A stretch of 64,000 nucleotides of DNA from the sequence record PQ464590.1; one strand, given 5' to 3'. The notes beneath the pieces were generated by a model. The model was not told where the DNA came from, made no database searches, and was given only the letters and a program-made list of their open reading frames with translations. Positions 1 through 9,898 of the stretch are shown here, in pieces (position 1 is the first letter of the stretch; every line of letters starts with the position of its first letter). The position numbers and the translations under genes are program-made.

Positions 1-778
1 CGTTCTCAATAGCCATATCAATCATGAAGAGTGCCTTATCAGCTTCTTCAAACTGGTTCGCTTGGTCAATCATGGATTGGACAAACTTATCACCTAAGTA
101 CTCATTAGTCTTACGGAACTCTTCTTCTGTCATGCTTGCAGTACGATCACGTGGCTCCGGTCTAGCTTCTGGTGCAGGTTCATCAACCACATCAAGTTCT
201 AGATCGTCTTCTTTTCCTGGACCTTCGATAGCACCCATTACAGTACTGAAGACTTCAGTAGGTTCAGTACTACTATTACCTTCCATACTATCAAGTACAC
301 GCTGTGCAGTATCTTTCATTTGTTCTTTAGGAACAGCTTGAAGTGCCTGAACGATACCCTGAATGAGATTAGGCTTCTGTGCGAAAATCTTCATTAAGCG
401 GTCTGAAAGCTCCTTCACGGGGTTTTGTGCTTTAGGAGCAGCAGCAGGTTCAGCTTTAGGAGCAGGGGCTTCAGGAGCCTTTGGTGCAGCTTGAGCGGTA
501 CGTGCAGCATCCATATCTGCTAGCTGTTGTTTCTGGGCTGGATTCAGTAAACCCAAAGAGTTGAAGTACTTCAACTTTTCATGTGGATTCATCTTAGATG
601 TATCAGTGCCAGCAGATGCAACGGTGTTTGCTTTACCAGCAGCACCAGTACCCTGATTACGGGAACCACGGGAACCTTGACCAGCATCATGTGAGTTTTT
701 GCGACGGTTTTCATCACTCCACTTAGCTGAGTGACCGGACAGCGTAGCACCGTTCTTGGACTTAAAATTTTCAGGCAT
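1..778 (-). CDS. hypothetical protein, Ala/Pro/Glu-rich (3' partial, runs off window)
   Basis: ATG at 778 after ATAGGAGG RBS; open frame to the window edge (MPENFKSKNGATLSGHSAKW...APKAPEAPAPKAEPAAAPK...); not in ORF track because no stop in window. Confidence 0.8.
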   Translation of the reverse strand, partial: MPENFKSKNGATLSGHSAKWSDENRRKNSHDAGQGSRGSRNQGTGAAGKANTVASAGTDTSKMNPHEKLKYFNSLGLLNPAQKQQLADMDAARTAQAAPKAPEAPAPKAEPAAAPKAQNPVKELSDRLMKIFAQKPNLIQGIVQALQAVPKEQMKDTAQRVLDSMEGNSSTEPTEVFSTVMGAIEGPGKEDDLELDVVDEPAPEARPEPRDRTASMTEEEFRKTNEYLGDKFVQSMIDQANQFEEADKALFMIDMAIEN

Positions 779-830
779 AACGCCTCCTATAATTAATTAC
801 ATTAAACTATGTGATTATTTATAGCATATC

Positions 831-858
831 AAAAAGGGCTGACCGAAGTCAACCCCTT
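831..858 (-). terminator. intrinsic terminator with CUUCGG tetraloop
   Basis: GGGTTGACTTCGGTCAGCCCTTTTT on minus strand; same hairpin recurs at 4412-4440. Confidence 0.8.
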
Positions 859-862
859 GTAC

Positions 863-1714
863 TTATTTTCTTTTCGCAATAGCCACGATATCAGTATATG
901 GTAAATTGAATTCACGGAAAATTTCCAGTGCTTCATCTTTATCACATGCCAGTACATCAACGTCGTGGTAATATGGACCATTCTCGAACTTCACATTGTA
1001 CAGTACCGCATCACGTTTCGGTTCTTTCTTTTCAGGAACAACTTCAGGTTCCATTACGTACTTCAGTACTGAACTTAGTTCGTGAATACGCTTCTCATTA
1101 CCAGGTTTAGTGGCAAGAGATTGAATCTCTGTTACTAAACGCAGAATGTCAACTTCACGGATGAAGTCAGTTTTTACTGGCTCTTGCAGTACTGGATTCA
1201 GAATATGATCTTCCATCTTTGGAAGTTCAGTACTTTGTTTATAGAACCGCAGGATTGCATCATAACCAACCAATACATAACCATGTGGAAGATGAAGCTT
1301 GTGTTTCTCTTTGAAATCACTATATTTCAGGTTTTCAAGAATTTTACCGACTTGTTGCATCGTAAGGTTCGGGTGAATATACGATCCAGACCGTGTACCT
1401 TCTTCAAATGTAAACACGTTGTTATTCATCTTAGTGCCTTTATTCTCGTAATACCCGTTGTTCCCGTAACTGAAGTTTTGGATTGCTGAATATCCCACCA
1501 AATATAAATTATCTGGACCGTGAAGTTCGTGTAAATGGTTATACGCACTTTTCTTCAAGGTTTTGAGAAGTTCACGTACATCAGCAAGTGTCAACTCGTA
1601 GTGATAAAAATTACCATAATCTTTATCATTTTTCATTTCAACGAATGTATAAGTTCCAGATGTTGCCATATTATTATCCGATTTTTGTTGTGGGCGGCGT
1701 GGTGGAATTGGCAT
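863..1714 (-). CDS. hypothetical protein
   Basis: 283 aa ORF; C-terminal small domain VLYNVKF...VLACDKDEA. Confidence 0.8.
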   Translation of the reverse strand: MPIPPRRPQQKSDNNMATSGTYTFVEMKNDKDYGNFYHYELTLADVRELLKTLKKSAYNHLHELHGPDNLYLVGYSAIQNFSYGNNGYYENKGTKMNNNVFTFEEGTRSGSYIHPNLTMQQVGKILENLKYSDFKEKHKLHLPHGYVLVGYDAILRFYKQSTELPKMEDHILNPVLQEPVKTDFIREVDILRLVTEIQSLATKPGNEKRIHELSSVLKYVMEPEVVPEKKEPKRDAVLYNVKFENGPYYHDVDVLACDKDEALEIFREFNLPYTDIVAIAKRK

Positions 1715-1977
1715 TAGTGAACCTCCACACGATAAGACCAGTCATACATAATTCCATCATCGTCATCATCTTTTTCATGAAGACGTAGTGTACCCTTTTC
1801 TGCAAGAATGTCAAGCATTTCGTACGGTACTAACGAATTTCCGTCAGCGTCAAAGAACTTACCCAGCTTCAACAAACGATCTTGAAGTTCACGCGGGGTA
1901 CGATACACCATCACGTTGTATCCTTCATCTACTGAAGTAAACACTTTACCTTCAAACGGTTTCATAGGATCTTTCAT
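1714..1977 (-). CDS. hypothetical protein
   Basis: 87 aa; TAATG-type overlap with neighbours. Confidence 0.8.
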   Translation of the reverse strand: MKDPMKPFEGKVFTSVDEGYNVMVYRTPRELQDRLLKLGKFFDADGNSLVPYEMLDILAEKGTLRLHEKDDDDDGIMYDWSYRVEVH

Positions 1978-2276
1978 TAGATAGTCTCCATGCTGTCAAT
2001 TACTGAACGAAGTTCATCTACGTATGCGGCTTCTTCATCAGTTGCTAAACCATCAAACTGTTCTTCGTACGCATCAAGGATTGATTGAACTTCATCAACT
2101 GTATATACGTAGAAGGAATAACCAGTACTGTACAGGAACAAGTTAGTACCGCACACGTTGTGCTTCTGGTTCGCATCGTCAGTGATAACACCATCGCGAA
2201 CGAAGTAGTTATTACCACGAGTGAACATTTCGAGTTCATGTCCAGAACCGCCGCTCATCTGCACTAAACGAATCAT
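1977..2276 (-). CDS. hypothetical protein
   Basis: 99 aa; GAGG RBS. Confidence 0.8.
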   Translation of the reverse strand: MIRLVQMSGGSGHELEMFTRGNNYFVRDGVITDDANQKHNVCGTNLFLYSTGYSFYVYTVDEVQSILDAYEEQFDGLATDEEAAYVDELRSVIDSMETI

Positions 2277-2331
2277 TTTTAATTCCTCTCATTAAGGTGT
2301 AGGAGAACTATACCAGTTCTCCTACATTCTG

Positions 2332-2880
2332 TCAAACAGTTTCTTTGTAAAGATTAGCCTCGATAAAATCGTGACAATCACCGTCTTTGTATTTCACAGT
2401 GAGGTTACGCGTACCTACCAGACGTTTCATGCGACGAATAACGGAGGACATATCAGTACTCCAGTTCATGTAGATACCATCAACTTCACCAGGAAGGGAA
2501 GGTACGTACAGAACATAATCGTACTGCATCTTCAGGCGATGTCCACGCTTCTTCAGTGCTTCTTTGTACTGCTGAACGTTCTCAAAGAATACCTGATAGC
2601 AGACCTTCTCTCCGTTCTCAATGCGGTAATCACGATACGCTTTACCTGATTCCCAATCTTCTTCCGTTGGGTTAGGGTTGACGCAAGCGAAGTTCTCGGA
2701 CATATAACCAGGATTCAGGTCAACAATCCATTCACGTTCGAATACGTACAGTACAGCTTCGTGTCCACGGAACTCTTTGCGGTACTTCGGCATGATCTGG
2801 ATGTGATTACGTTTATAGCCGTACATCTGCCAGCCTGGGTACTCACCACTGAACTCACATACTTTCTCGATACCAGCCAT
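2332..2880 (-). CDS. hypothetical phage protein
   Basis: 182 aa, tiles the operon. Confidence 0.8.
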   Translation of the reverse strand: MAGIEKVCEFSGEYPGWQMYGYKRNHIQIMPKYRKEFRGHEAVLYVFEREWIVDLNPGYMSENFACVNPNPTEEDWESGKAYRDYRIENGEKVCYQVFFENVQQYKEALKKRGHRLKMQYDYVLYVPSLPGEVDGIYMNWSTDMSSVIRRMKRLVGTRNLTVKYKDGDCHDFIEANLYKETV

Positions 2881-3080
2881 TATTCACCCTTCTCTTTGAT
2901 GTTCTTAGTGGTACACCATGCACGTGCGTAAGTAACACCAGTTAGACCTTTAGTATTACGCACGAACTCTTGTGCAGCAGCCTGGCAGTCGGTATGAATA
3001 CTATAACCACCTTCAGTTGCAACACCACCACCACCTGATGAAGCGGCGAATACCATTGTGAGTACAAATTCTTTGATCAT
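2880..3080 (-). CDS. hypothetical secreted/membrane peptide
   Basis: 66 aa, hydrophobic N-terminus, two Cys. Confidence 0.7.
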   Translation of the reverse strand: MIKEFVLTMVFAASSGGGGVATEGGYSIHTDCQAAAQEFVRNTKGLTGVTYARAWCTTKNIKEKGE

Positions 3081-3355
3081 TGTGGAAGCTCCGGTAAAAA
3101 TTCAATAGTGAGGCCGTGTGCGTACAAACTAATAACAGCATTGTACTTACCAGCCATTGCTTGTAGTGCAATCAGGGAATCTTTAGTTACTTCATCCCCG
3201 TCAGTTAGAACTATCACACCACCTTTTGGTTGTTTGACCAATATGGAATTGCCTTTTAGTAGATACGTAACTTTATAATGCATTAGAAATTGATGTGCAC
3301 CATAAGTGTACTCAATTTCTTCACCATTAGTAGTTTCAATCAGTACTTTGATCAT
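3077..3355 (-). CDS. hypothetical protein
   Basis: 92 aa, ATGA overlaps. Confidence 0.75.
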   Translation of the reverse strand: MIKVLIETTNGEEIEYTYGAHQFLMHYKVTYLLKGNSILVKQPKGGVIVLTDGDEVTKDSLIALQAMAGKYNAVISLYAHGLTIEFLPELPQ

Positions 3356-3612
3356 TCAGCAATCCTCAAAATATAAGCGTCTACGCTGGATTGGTCTTCA
3401 ACAAACAACGCAGCCCAACGACCTGTGTTCTTGTTACGTACTATACCACGAACAGTATTCACTGTAAAGGTACTTTTGAACGGACGCTTCGATTTCTTCT
3501 GAACCTTCTGATTCAGTAATGAAGCTGCATGGTTGAACTCAATCAAATCATTATCGATGTGATGAGGTTTCATGAGTTTCATTTCTTCAGTACTGGGTGG
3601 ATAGTACTTCAT
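3352..3612 (-). CDS. hypothetical protein
   Basis: 86 aa, ATGA overlaps. Confidence 0.75.
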   Translation of the reverse strand: MKYYPPSTEEMKLMKPHHIDNDLIEFNHAASLLNQKVQKKSKRPFKSTFTVNTVRGIVRNKNTGRWAALFVEDQSSVDAYILRIAE

Positions 3613-3731
3613 TGTTTTTTCCCGTAACGGTCTGAACCAGTATCGAGGAAGTACTTAGCGAAGAACGGTAAGCCGTACTTCAAGCCCCAGTAAATCCACA
3701 GAGAATAGAAACAGTACTGGATAACAGTCAT
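3609..3731 (-). CDS. small hydrophobic peptide (40 aa)
   Basis: Hand-translated MTVIQYCFYSLWIYWGLKYGLPFFAKYFLDTGSDRYGKKQ; ATGA overlaps at both ends. Confidence 0.6.
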   Translation of the reverse strand: MTVIQYCFYSLWIYWGLKYGLPFFAKYFLDTGSDRYGKKQ

Positions 3732-3943
3732 ACAATCATGTCCCATACTGCTACACTGTGAACTTCAAAAGTAGTCTGACCGTCACGTTTATTAGAATAA
3801 AATTCGATCAGCTTGTCTTCTGCTTCCATGTCGTTTTCAGCCTGGACAACATGGGAGTACTGGAATTCTGAACTAGTTGTAGTACCATCTGCGAATGGGG
3901 TTAGTGCTACTGCTGTTCCAGTACAAGTAAAGAGCTTAGACAT
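3728..3943 (-). CDS. hypothetical protein (paralog of 28505-28711)
   Basis: VVQAENDMEAEDKLIEFY vs TISADNETEAENKVYAYF. Confidence 0.75.
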   Translation of the reverse strand: MSKLFTCTGTAVALTPFADGTTTSSEFQYSHVVQAENDMEAEDKLIEFYSNKRDGQTTFEVHSVAVWDMIV

Positions 3944-3954
3944 AATTATGTTCC

Positions 3955-4377
3955 TTATTTGATTTCGTAGTTGTAGCCAATGATAGGACGCAGAGTACGT
4001 GCACGGCGTTTAGCATTTAGTTCAGTACCGATCACTTCATTGAACTTTTTATCACCGATGCTGTATGATAACATATATACTTTCTTTGTCAAGCAGTACT
4101 GAATCATTTTATCCAGTACTTCCAAACGTTCAGCAGCGTATGGATTGGTTTCAGGGTCAAACTTGTTCATGTACGTATGATACTCTTCTTCTGAACCCTC
4201 GATAGGCCAGCAAAGTACTTTACCAAAGATATGATAGCAAACCTCTGAATAAAATTGTGCAGTACTCATCTGTTCAGGAGAACGAACCTTCTTGAACAAA
4301 TTATGACAGATACCAACTGTAGGATCACGATCACCCGCTTTAATTGCCATCAAAGCACTATAGAACAAATTGTACAT
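3955..4377 (-). CDS. hypothetical protein
   Basis: Start moved to MYNLFY after GAAGGAG RBS. Confidence 0.75.
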   Translation of the reverse strand: MYNLFYSALMAIKAGDRDPTVGICHNLFKKVRSPEQMSTAQFYSEVCYHIFGKVLCWPIEGSEEEYHTYMNKFDPETNPYAAERLEVLDKMIQYCLTKKVYMLSYSIGDKKFNEVIGTELNAKRRARTLRPIIGYNYEIK

Positions 4378-4411
4378 AATCACTCCTTCGTATTTTGAAT
4401 ACTTATAATAC

Positions 4412-4440
4412 AAAAAGGGCTGACCGAAGTCAACCCTTTT
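4412..4440 (-). terminator. intrinsic terminator with CUUCGG tetraloop
   Basis: Same hairpin as 831-858, followed by U-run. Confidence 0.8.
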
Positions 4441-4621
4441 CTAGCAATTCACGAACTAATTCATTTACACGCTCGATACTGTGACATTCCTCAACCGTAA
4501 AATAGTCCCATGTACGACCGTACGAGCGGGGATTATCCCCTTCCATCCACTTCTTCACATGGAAGATCTGTAAATGAGGGTGCTGGTACACCCTGATTTG
4601 ATTATCGTTGTAGATAAGCAT
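4430..4621 (-). CDS. hypothetical protein
   Basis: 63 aa ORF. Confidence 0.7.
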   Translation of the reverse strand: MLIYNDNQIRVYQHPHLQIFHVKKWMEGDNPRSYGRTWDYFTVEECHSIERVNELVRELLEKG

Positions 4622-4627
4622 AACGCC

Positions 4628-5620
4628 TCAATCTTCAATAGTTACGAAACGTTCCTGAAGAATACGACGAATCTTAGCAATGATATCATTGTAGCGACGG
4701 TGAATAGTACTGTGAGACTTCATCACCTTCCCTTTACCATCCACTAGACCTTCACCCTCTAATGATGCAAACGTACTCTCAACATGCCCATTGAGGCCGT
4801 GTACGCGACTTAGAAGGTACTGTTCTGCTTCTGGTAACTCTGCCATTACTAAGGCAATAACGTCCATTGCGGAGCCTTGTAGCGTGTTCTCTGACAAAGT
4901 GTATTCTTTGGAAGTACCTTTTATAATGTCACCAAGTGACATATCAGCATTATCCGCATTGTTAGAGATTGGCGTATCAATACTCATAGGACGATTGTTC
5001 ATATATTCAAGAACACGCTGTACTGCACCAGTATCGATACCAGTACCAGTACTGATCTCGTCCACATTAGGAGTGCGTCCGAACTGTGAACGATGCTTGT
5101 CGATGTAGTTCTGGATCTGAATGTTGTTCACAGATAGATAGCGAGGAATCGCAATCATACGAACATCATCATTGCCATAGTTGTACATGGTCTGACGGAT
5201 AGACACAGTTGCGTAAGTACTAAACTGAATCTTCTGGTCTAGATCATAGCGTTGGATAGCTTTGAGCAATCCTTCAAAACCGTACTGTACTTTATCCTGG
5301 AACGGAATGTTACAGGTACACTGTCTTGCTTGTCCGTACACTAGACCTGCATTGTATTTCACAATCAGGGCTGTATTCTTCTTTACATTATTTCCTGCTC
5401 TGATTTCTTGAATCAGATGTTCATTAGTCAAATTGTTAGGTAACTTCAACTTACTATCCAGTACTTCAAATGCTCCTTCAGTACTGTCAGTTTCAACCTC
5501 TTCAAGAACGTCATCTGACCCCTGGTTTCTCAAGTTCTCGAATGATTCATTCTCATTCTCAAAACATTCATCAAGTACTTCTTCTGGGATCGATTCTAGA
5601 TTTAGTTGTTCAACAGTCAC
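4628..5620 (-). CDS. RNA polymerase sigma factor (sigma70 family)
   Basis: Region 2 motif QYGFEGLLKAIQRYDLDQKIQFSTYATVSIRQ; region 3 GRTPNVDEIS...SIDTPI; acidic N-terminus; divergent region 4. Confidence 0.9.
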   Translation of the reverse strand: MTVEQLNLESIPEEVLDECFENENESFENLRNQGSDDVLEEVETDSTEGAFEVLDSKLKLPNNLTNEHLIQEIRAGNNVKKNTALIVKYNAGLVYGQARQCTCNIPFQDKVQYGFEGLLKAIQRYDLDQKIQFSTYATVSIRQTMYNYGNDDVRMIAIPRYLSVNNIQIQNYIDKHRSQFGRTPNVDEISTGTGIDTGAVQRVLEYMNNRPMSIDTPISNNADNADMSLGDIIKGTSKEYTLSENTLQGSAMDVIALVMAELPEAEQYLLSRVHGLNGHVESTFASLEGEGLVDGKGKVMKSHSTIHRRYNDIIAKIRRILQERFVTIED

Positions 5621-5681
5621 TTATATACTTCTCCTAAAAAAATTAAAGATGTACCTCATTGTACATCTTTACATTGCCAGT

Positions 5682-5828
5682 TTATAACTCTGTAGCCCTG
5701 GCAGTTGCTACATTTGGGAACATGCGTTTAACATTACTCTGGGCTTGTTCCTTGTTGCCAGCTTTAACCATGACAACGTTCCAGATACTTGCACCAATTA
5801 ATAAGTACTCAACGCTAAAAGTTTTCAT
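5682..5828 (-). CDS. small hypothetical protein (48 aa)
   Basis: GGAGG RBS; MKTFSVEYLLIGASIWNVVMVKAGNKEQAQ... Confidence 0.65.
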   Translation of the reverse strand: MKTFSVEYLLIGASIWNVVMVKAGNKEQAQSNVKRMFPNVATARATEL

Positions 5829-5886
5829 AATCGCCTCCGTTATTAGATGCGATAATCTTAACTGAATCGCTGAGCACTGTCAAGCT

Positions 5887-6135
5887 TTATGGGAAAGGGA
5901 TTGGAATGATTCGTAAGTCTTTGTAATCAGGGATGATAAGATCAACCTCTAGGTAGTAGCTACCTGCTGCTTCATTATTATTCAGGATCATTTCGAACAG
6001 TACTGTGTCGGATTCTAAGTGCACCTCGCTATGATCATATGCAAGCACTTCATAGAGAGTACCCGCACCATCATCAGTAATATACTTTGTGACGTACTTT
6101 CCAGTACGGATATTCTTCAATGCGTATTTGAACAT
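5887..6135 (-). CDS. hypothetical protein
   Basis: 82 aa ORF. Confidence 0.75.
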   Translation of the reverse strand: MFKYALKNIRTGKYVTKYITDDGAGTLYEVLAYDHSEVHLESDTVLFEMILNNNEAAGSYYLEVDLIIPDYKDLRIIPIPFP

Positions 6136-6136
6136 A

Positions 6137-6646
6137 CTAAATCCTGTACAAGTTTATGTTATCATCAGTGAACTTATCTTTATCCTTCACTTTCCTGAAC
6201 TCTTCAATTACATGTTCAGCGGTGAATATAAATGGGTTATGACGAGTACTGTATTTGAGGTGTGCAATTGCATCATATCCTGAACCTAAGATACTAACCC
6301 AGTTATCTCCGAAGAAGATAGTCTTCTTGTGGAACTTACCTTTGAATACGTACATGTAAATGGCATAATCTTTGCCGATGAGCATACACTCACACTCTGG
6401 TGTATTCTTAGTTACAAGAACTTCCTCATGATTCACTAAGTACCTGATGATGCGATTAATAGTACTGACATCACCTGCTGCTACGAATAGACGATCATGG
6501 ATGTAGATAGCCTTTTGGTTCGTTACCTTGTACTGTACTGAATGAGTTAACGGGAAGAACCCCGCGAAAAAGCGGGGTGTGCTTTCTGTCACTCGTGAAT
6601 CTGTCATTGCTAAACCTAGACTTTTACTCACGAATACAGTTGTCAT
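6137..6646 (-). CDS. putative Ntn-hydrolase (proteasome-beta/HslV-like) peptidase
   Basis: N-terminal MTT, then AMTDSRVT, FVAAGD and ILGSG, matching the Ntn-protease pattern. Confidence 0.6.
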   Translation of the reverse strand: MTTVFVSKSLGLAMTDSRVTESTPRFFAGFFPLTHSVQYKVTNQKAIYIHDRLFVAAGDVSTINRIIRYLVNHEEVLVTKNTPECECMLIGKDYAIYMYVFKGKFHKKTIFFGDNWVSILGSGYDAIAHLKYSTRHNPFIFTAEHVIEEFRKVKDKDKFTDDNINLYRI

Positions 6647-7125
6647 TACTTATCCTTTTCTTGTGTCTCTTTGTACGAGTTGTCAAATTCAGAGAGTAAT
6701 ACCACCTTCTCTACATCAGGGTAGTACTGGATGAGGAATGATTTTAGTTCATCCTTCATGTCCTTCGCTTTGATAGAGAGCGGTTTCCAGTACTGTTGTA
6801 GTGCTTGGTCTTTCTTGTGCATATTATCTAATGCCGCTACAGCTTTGTCAAGATAATACGCAAGAGAACCAGTCATTTTTACCAGACGTACCTGTTTGAC
6901 ACGGAATTTTTCATCACTAAGTCTAACTGCAACCTGCAAATCACGATACGCAGAACGTACGTCTGATAGTGTCAGACACTCCAGCTTGTACAGTTCTTCG
7001 CAGATTTGAGTAACACGCTTCTCTGCTTTCTTCTGCTTCGAATCTGGATTATCGATTGAACCGTATAATTCAGACACCGGATATTTCTTAGAGTTCAAAA
7101 TGAACTGCTCAATTTTACAAAACAT
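6646..7125 (-). CDS. hypothetical helical protein
   Basis: 159 aa. Confidence 0.75.
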   Translation of the reverse strand: MFCKIEQFILNSKKYPVSELYGSIDNPDSKQKKAEKRVTQICEELYKLECLTLSDVRSAYRDLQVAVRLSDEKFRVKQVRLVKMTGSLAYYLDKAVAALDNMHKKDQALQQYWKPLSIKAKDMKDELKSFLIQYYPDVEKVVLLSEFDNSYKETQEKDK

Positions 7126-7379
7126 TACAGTACTCCATGCAGTTCGAGGATCTTACGCTTGGCCTGGTTGATACTAACGATACGTTCTTGCTTTAGACCG
7201 AAGAGGCGATCAATTTTTTTGTACAACTCCTCAACTTCTTTAGTCACCACATTACCAGTACTTTGAAGAAGAGTGTTAATCGTTTCATACGAGTTCTTGA
7301 TCTGCCCAGCCAAGTCAGCTTCATCTGCCTGGTGACGAACAATACGTTCAACTAGTACTGAAATTTGTTGATTGCTCAT
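7125..7379 (-). CDS. hypothetical coiled-coil protein
   Basis: 84 aa; resembles neighbour 7379-7642 in helical pattern. Confidence 0.7.
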   Translation of the reverse strand: MSNQQISVLVERIVRHQADEADLAGQIKNSYETINTLLQSTGNVVTKEVEELYKKIDRLFGLKQERIVSINQAKRKILELHGVL

Positions 7380-7642
7380 TATACTTCTCCACGGATAATA
7401 GTAGTAATTTCATTTTGCAGTTTCAGAATACGTTCCGAAACGTCATTGATTTCGTCACGTAACGCTTTGAGCGTTTCACTAACACGCATTTTCTCTTTCT
7501 CTGATAGTGCACTATCATCGGCTGGGTATGCATTTACGCAACGGCGGTACTCAACCATAGTCAGAGACTGTTCTTCCAGTAGGTCAGTAATAAGACGCTG
7601 GTTTACTTGTACCTTTTCAATAAGTGATTGATTTACACTCAT
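7379..7642 (-). CDS. hypothetical coiled-coil protein
   Basis: Start moved to MSVNQ. Confidence 0.7.
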   Translation of the reverse strand: MSVNQSLIEKVQVNQRLITDLLEEQSLTMVEYRRCVNAYPADDSALSEKEKMRVSETLKALRDEINDVSERILKLQNEITTIIRGEV

Positions 7643-8001
7643 GCTTTCCACCCGTTCAGTACGAACATCTCATCGAGTTCTTTGTTGAAGTTAGGATACA
7701 GATCCATATCACGCAGGTTAGCGAAACGGATATCCACCGCACAGCTTAGGCAGTACTTCTTGTTAGTACCACTGTTATAGAAGTGCACATGGTTCTGTGT
7801 CTGACATGCAGTACGATTACACAGTGTATCACCTTTACCTTCACGGCTTGAACCGTCGAAGTTATCACCGCGTGGTGCACAGTCCATCATCAACTGGTGT
7901 ACTTTCTGCAATTCTGTACGAGCACGTAGCTCCAGTGTATTGCCAGTGATGCCTTTAGTGCGTTCAAGATATTCTTTGCGGTCTTTGATAAATGCGTACA
8001 T
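7639..8001 (-). CDS. hypothetical Cys/His-rich (Zn-binding) protein
   Basis: CNRTAC...HVHFYN...YCLSCA. Confidence 0.75.
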   Translation of the reverse strand: MYAFIKDRKEYLERTKGITGNTLELRARTELQKVHQLMMDCAPRGDNFDGSSREGKGDTLCNRTACQTQNHVHFYNSGTNKKYCLSCAVDIRFANLRDMDLYPNFNKELDEMFVLNGWKA

Positions 8002-8035
8002 GGTAGTCTCCGGTTAATACTGTTAAAGTTCATTA

Positions 8036-8064
8036 AGTATAGCCCATTGCTTCAGTACTGTCAA
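8036..8064 (-). promoter_or_regulatory. sigma70-type (early) promoter
   Basis: TTGACA-N17-TATACT, overlapped by inverted repeat GCCCATTG/CAATGGGC. Confidence 0.75.
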
Positions 8065-8077
8065 TGGGCTTTTTGAT

Positions 8078-8458
8078 TTATTCTACATCCCACGCTTCAT
8101 CAGGGATTTCCAGATCCGGTACGTACTTCAGAATCGTACAGATTGGAGTTTCGATGATACCTTGATCCTTCAGAATCTTCTTGTAACGAGCAATGACATC
8201 AGGAGTAGCTTTAGATGTATAACCCATGCGGTTCAACAACAGTTCTGCTTCCTGACTCAACATAGAAGTACTTTGTGTAGCCCACTCTGGGAGATCAATC
8301 AGAGTCTGGATTACACCATCGTTCGACATCACCGCAATCTTGAATTTGTTATCAGAACCCATCAATACACGACCAGTAATGATTACATTAGTGTCGTTGT
8401 TTTTGAAAGAGAAGATGTCATCAGTGTTGATTTGCAGCATTGATACATGTTTCCACAT
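8078..8458 (-). CDS. hypothetical protein
   Basis: 126 aa; GAGG RBS. Confidence 0.8.
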   Translation of the reverse strand: MWKHVSMLQINTDDIFSFKNNDTNVIITGRVLMGSDNKFKIAVMSNDGVIQTLIDLPEWATQSTSMLSQEAELLLNRMGYTSKATPDVIARYKKILKDQGIIETPICTILKYVPDLEIPDEAWDVE

Positions 8459-8491
8459 TTTTTAATTCCTCTGTGTTGTTAAGATGGAATA

Positions 8492-8520
8492 AGTATACCC
8501 GCTGACCTCATAGAAGTCAA
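8492..8520 (-). promoter_or_regulatory. sigma70-type promoter
   Basis: TTGACT-N17-TATACT inside inverted repeat ATACCCG/CGGGTAT. Confidence 0.7.
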
Positions 8521-8533
8521 CGGGTATTTTCAT

Positions 8534-9001
8534 TTATTTTTTAGTTGTTCCAGCTTTAGCCTGATCCAGTACTAGCTCGTCACCACCACGATTCACCGCA
8601 CCTTGATACAACAACACACTAAAGAAGATGTTCAGGGTTGCGAGTCCTTCCCACACGAAGTCCCATTGGATGTTCATCACAGCCATCACCAGTATTGGGA
8701 AGATAATGATGAAACTGTACTTCTTGGAACCAGCTTCGCGGTACTCCCCAATACGCATATCTTTGCATGAGGATTCGTCTTTACCTTCCCCAATACTATC
8801 ACCGAAACGCATGTTCAACATGAAGATGTTGATGAATAACATTATTGCACCAGTAAGGAATGTGCCGACTATACCAATTCTGTACCAAGATTCAGCGAGT
8901 ACAAACTCGATACCATAAACACTACTAAGACTCTTGTAGAACACAATACCAGTAATCAGGTACATTGCTAGTAACCATTTGTAATATACGCTACGGGTCA
9001 T
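8534..9001 (-). CDS. multi-pass membrane protein (paralog of 8998-9441)
   Basis: About 4 hydrophobic segments; shared KKYSFI motif. Confidence 0.75.
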   Translation of the reverse strand: MTRSVYYKWLLAMYLITGIVFYKSLSSVYGIEFVLAESWYRIGIVGTFLTGAIMLFINIFMLNMRFGDSIGEGKDESSCKDMRIGEYREAGSKKYSFIIIFPILVMAVMNIQWDFVWEGLATLNIFFSVLLYQGAVNRGGDELVLDQAKAGTTKK

Positions 9002-9441
9002 TGATCAATCTCCACACGTTCAGCTTTAGAGTCTTTAGCTTTCTGGATGACACGTTCTTCTTCATCGAGATCCCAGAACTTATTATGACGGCGGCGTAAG
9101 ATTTCCAGAATCAAGAATACTACACCTTGAATGAATGCTGCACCATATGATGCTTGGTGGAATGAAGTAGCCACTGGTACGAACAGAATCCACGTCCAGA
9201 TGAATGAGTACTTCTTATCACCAAAAATCTTTACATGTTCAGTACGAGTAAAGAAGTCATTACCACAGATTCCGAACAGGTACAGACATCCTGCTACATA
9301 CAGAGTAGTAACAGCATAACCGTACTGTTCAGGAACACTCTTCAGATCAATACCGTAATGTGGCCCGAATTGTTCACCGAGAATTACAAAACACGGTAGT
9401 AGGTACAAAAAAAAGTAAAAACGAAATACTTTCCAAATCAT
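8998..9441 (-). CDS. multi-pass membrane protein
   Basis: About 4 hydrophobic segments; GDKKYSFIW. Confidence 0.75.
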   Translation of the reverse strand: MIWKVFRFYFFLYLLPCFVILGEQFGPHYGIDLKSVPEQYGYAVTTLYVAGCLYLFGICGNDFFTRTEHVKIFGDKKYSFIWTWILFVPVATSFHQASYGAAFIQGVVFLILEILRRRHNKFWDLDEEERVIQKAKDSKAERVEIDQ

Positions 9442-9490
9442 ATACTATTCCTCTATTTGTTAACGTACCCCCGAACGAGGGTACTAACGA

Positions 9491-9898
9491 TTACTTCTTG
9501 TACTCGCCTTTCATGAGCTTAGCGAGGGCTAGTGCTTCAGCAGTTTTCTTGTCAACAAACTTACCATCAACAATGAAACCATCCATCACGGCTTGTTTAC
9601 TTGGATACTCACCAATCTCATCCAGGAATACATGACGCTTTGAAATGACAGTCGCTTTCACGTACCCAGTACTGAGTACTGTAGTTAGAACATGTAAGTG
9701 TACTGCGACTGGTGAACCTTCCCAGTACATAACCCACTGAACGAAGTTCATGCTGTCTTTGTTCTCTGGAGTTACTTTGAGTTTTAGGCACTGATTGAAT
9801 GTGTACTGTTTGAATGTATCGTCCATCACTTCATTGATGGAAAACCAACCATTCCGAGCACCCATTGCAGTTGTGAATTTTGTTCCTAGCACGTTCAT
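9491..9898 (-). CDS. hypothetical protein
   Basis: Start moved to MNVLG after AGAGG. Confidence 0.75.
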   Translation of the reverse strand: MNVLGTKFTTAMGARNGWFSINEVMDDTFKQYTFNQCLKLKVTPENKDSMNFVQWVMYWEGSPVAVHLHVLTTVLSTGYVKATVISKRHVFLDEIGEYPSKQAVMDGFIVDGKFVDKKTAEALALAKLMKGEYKK

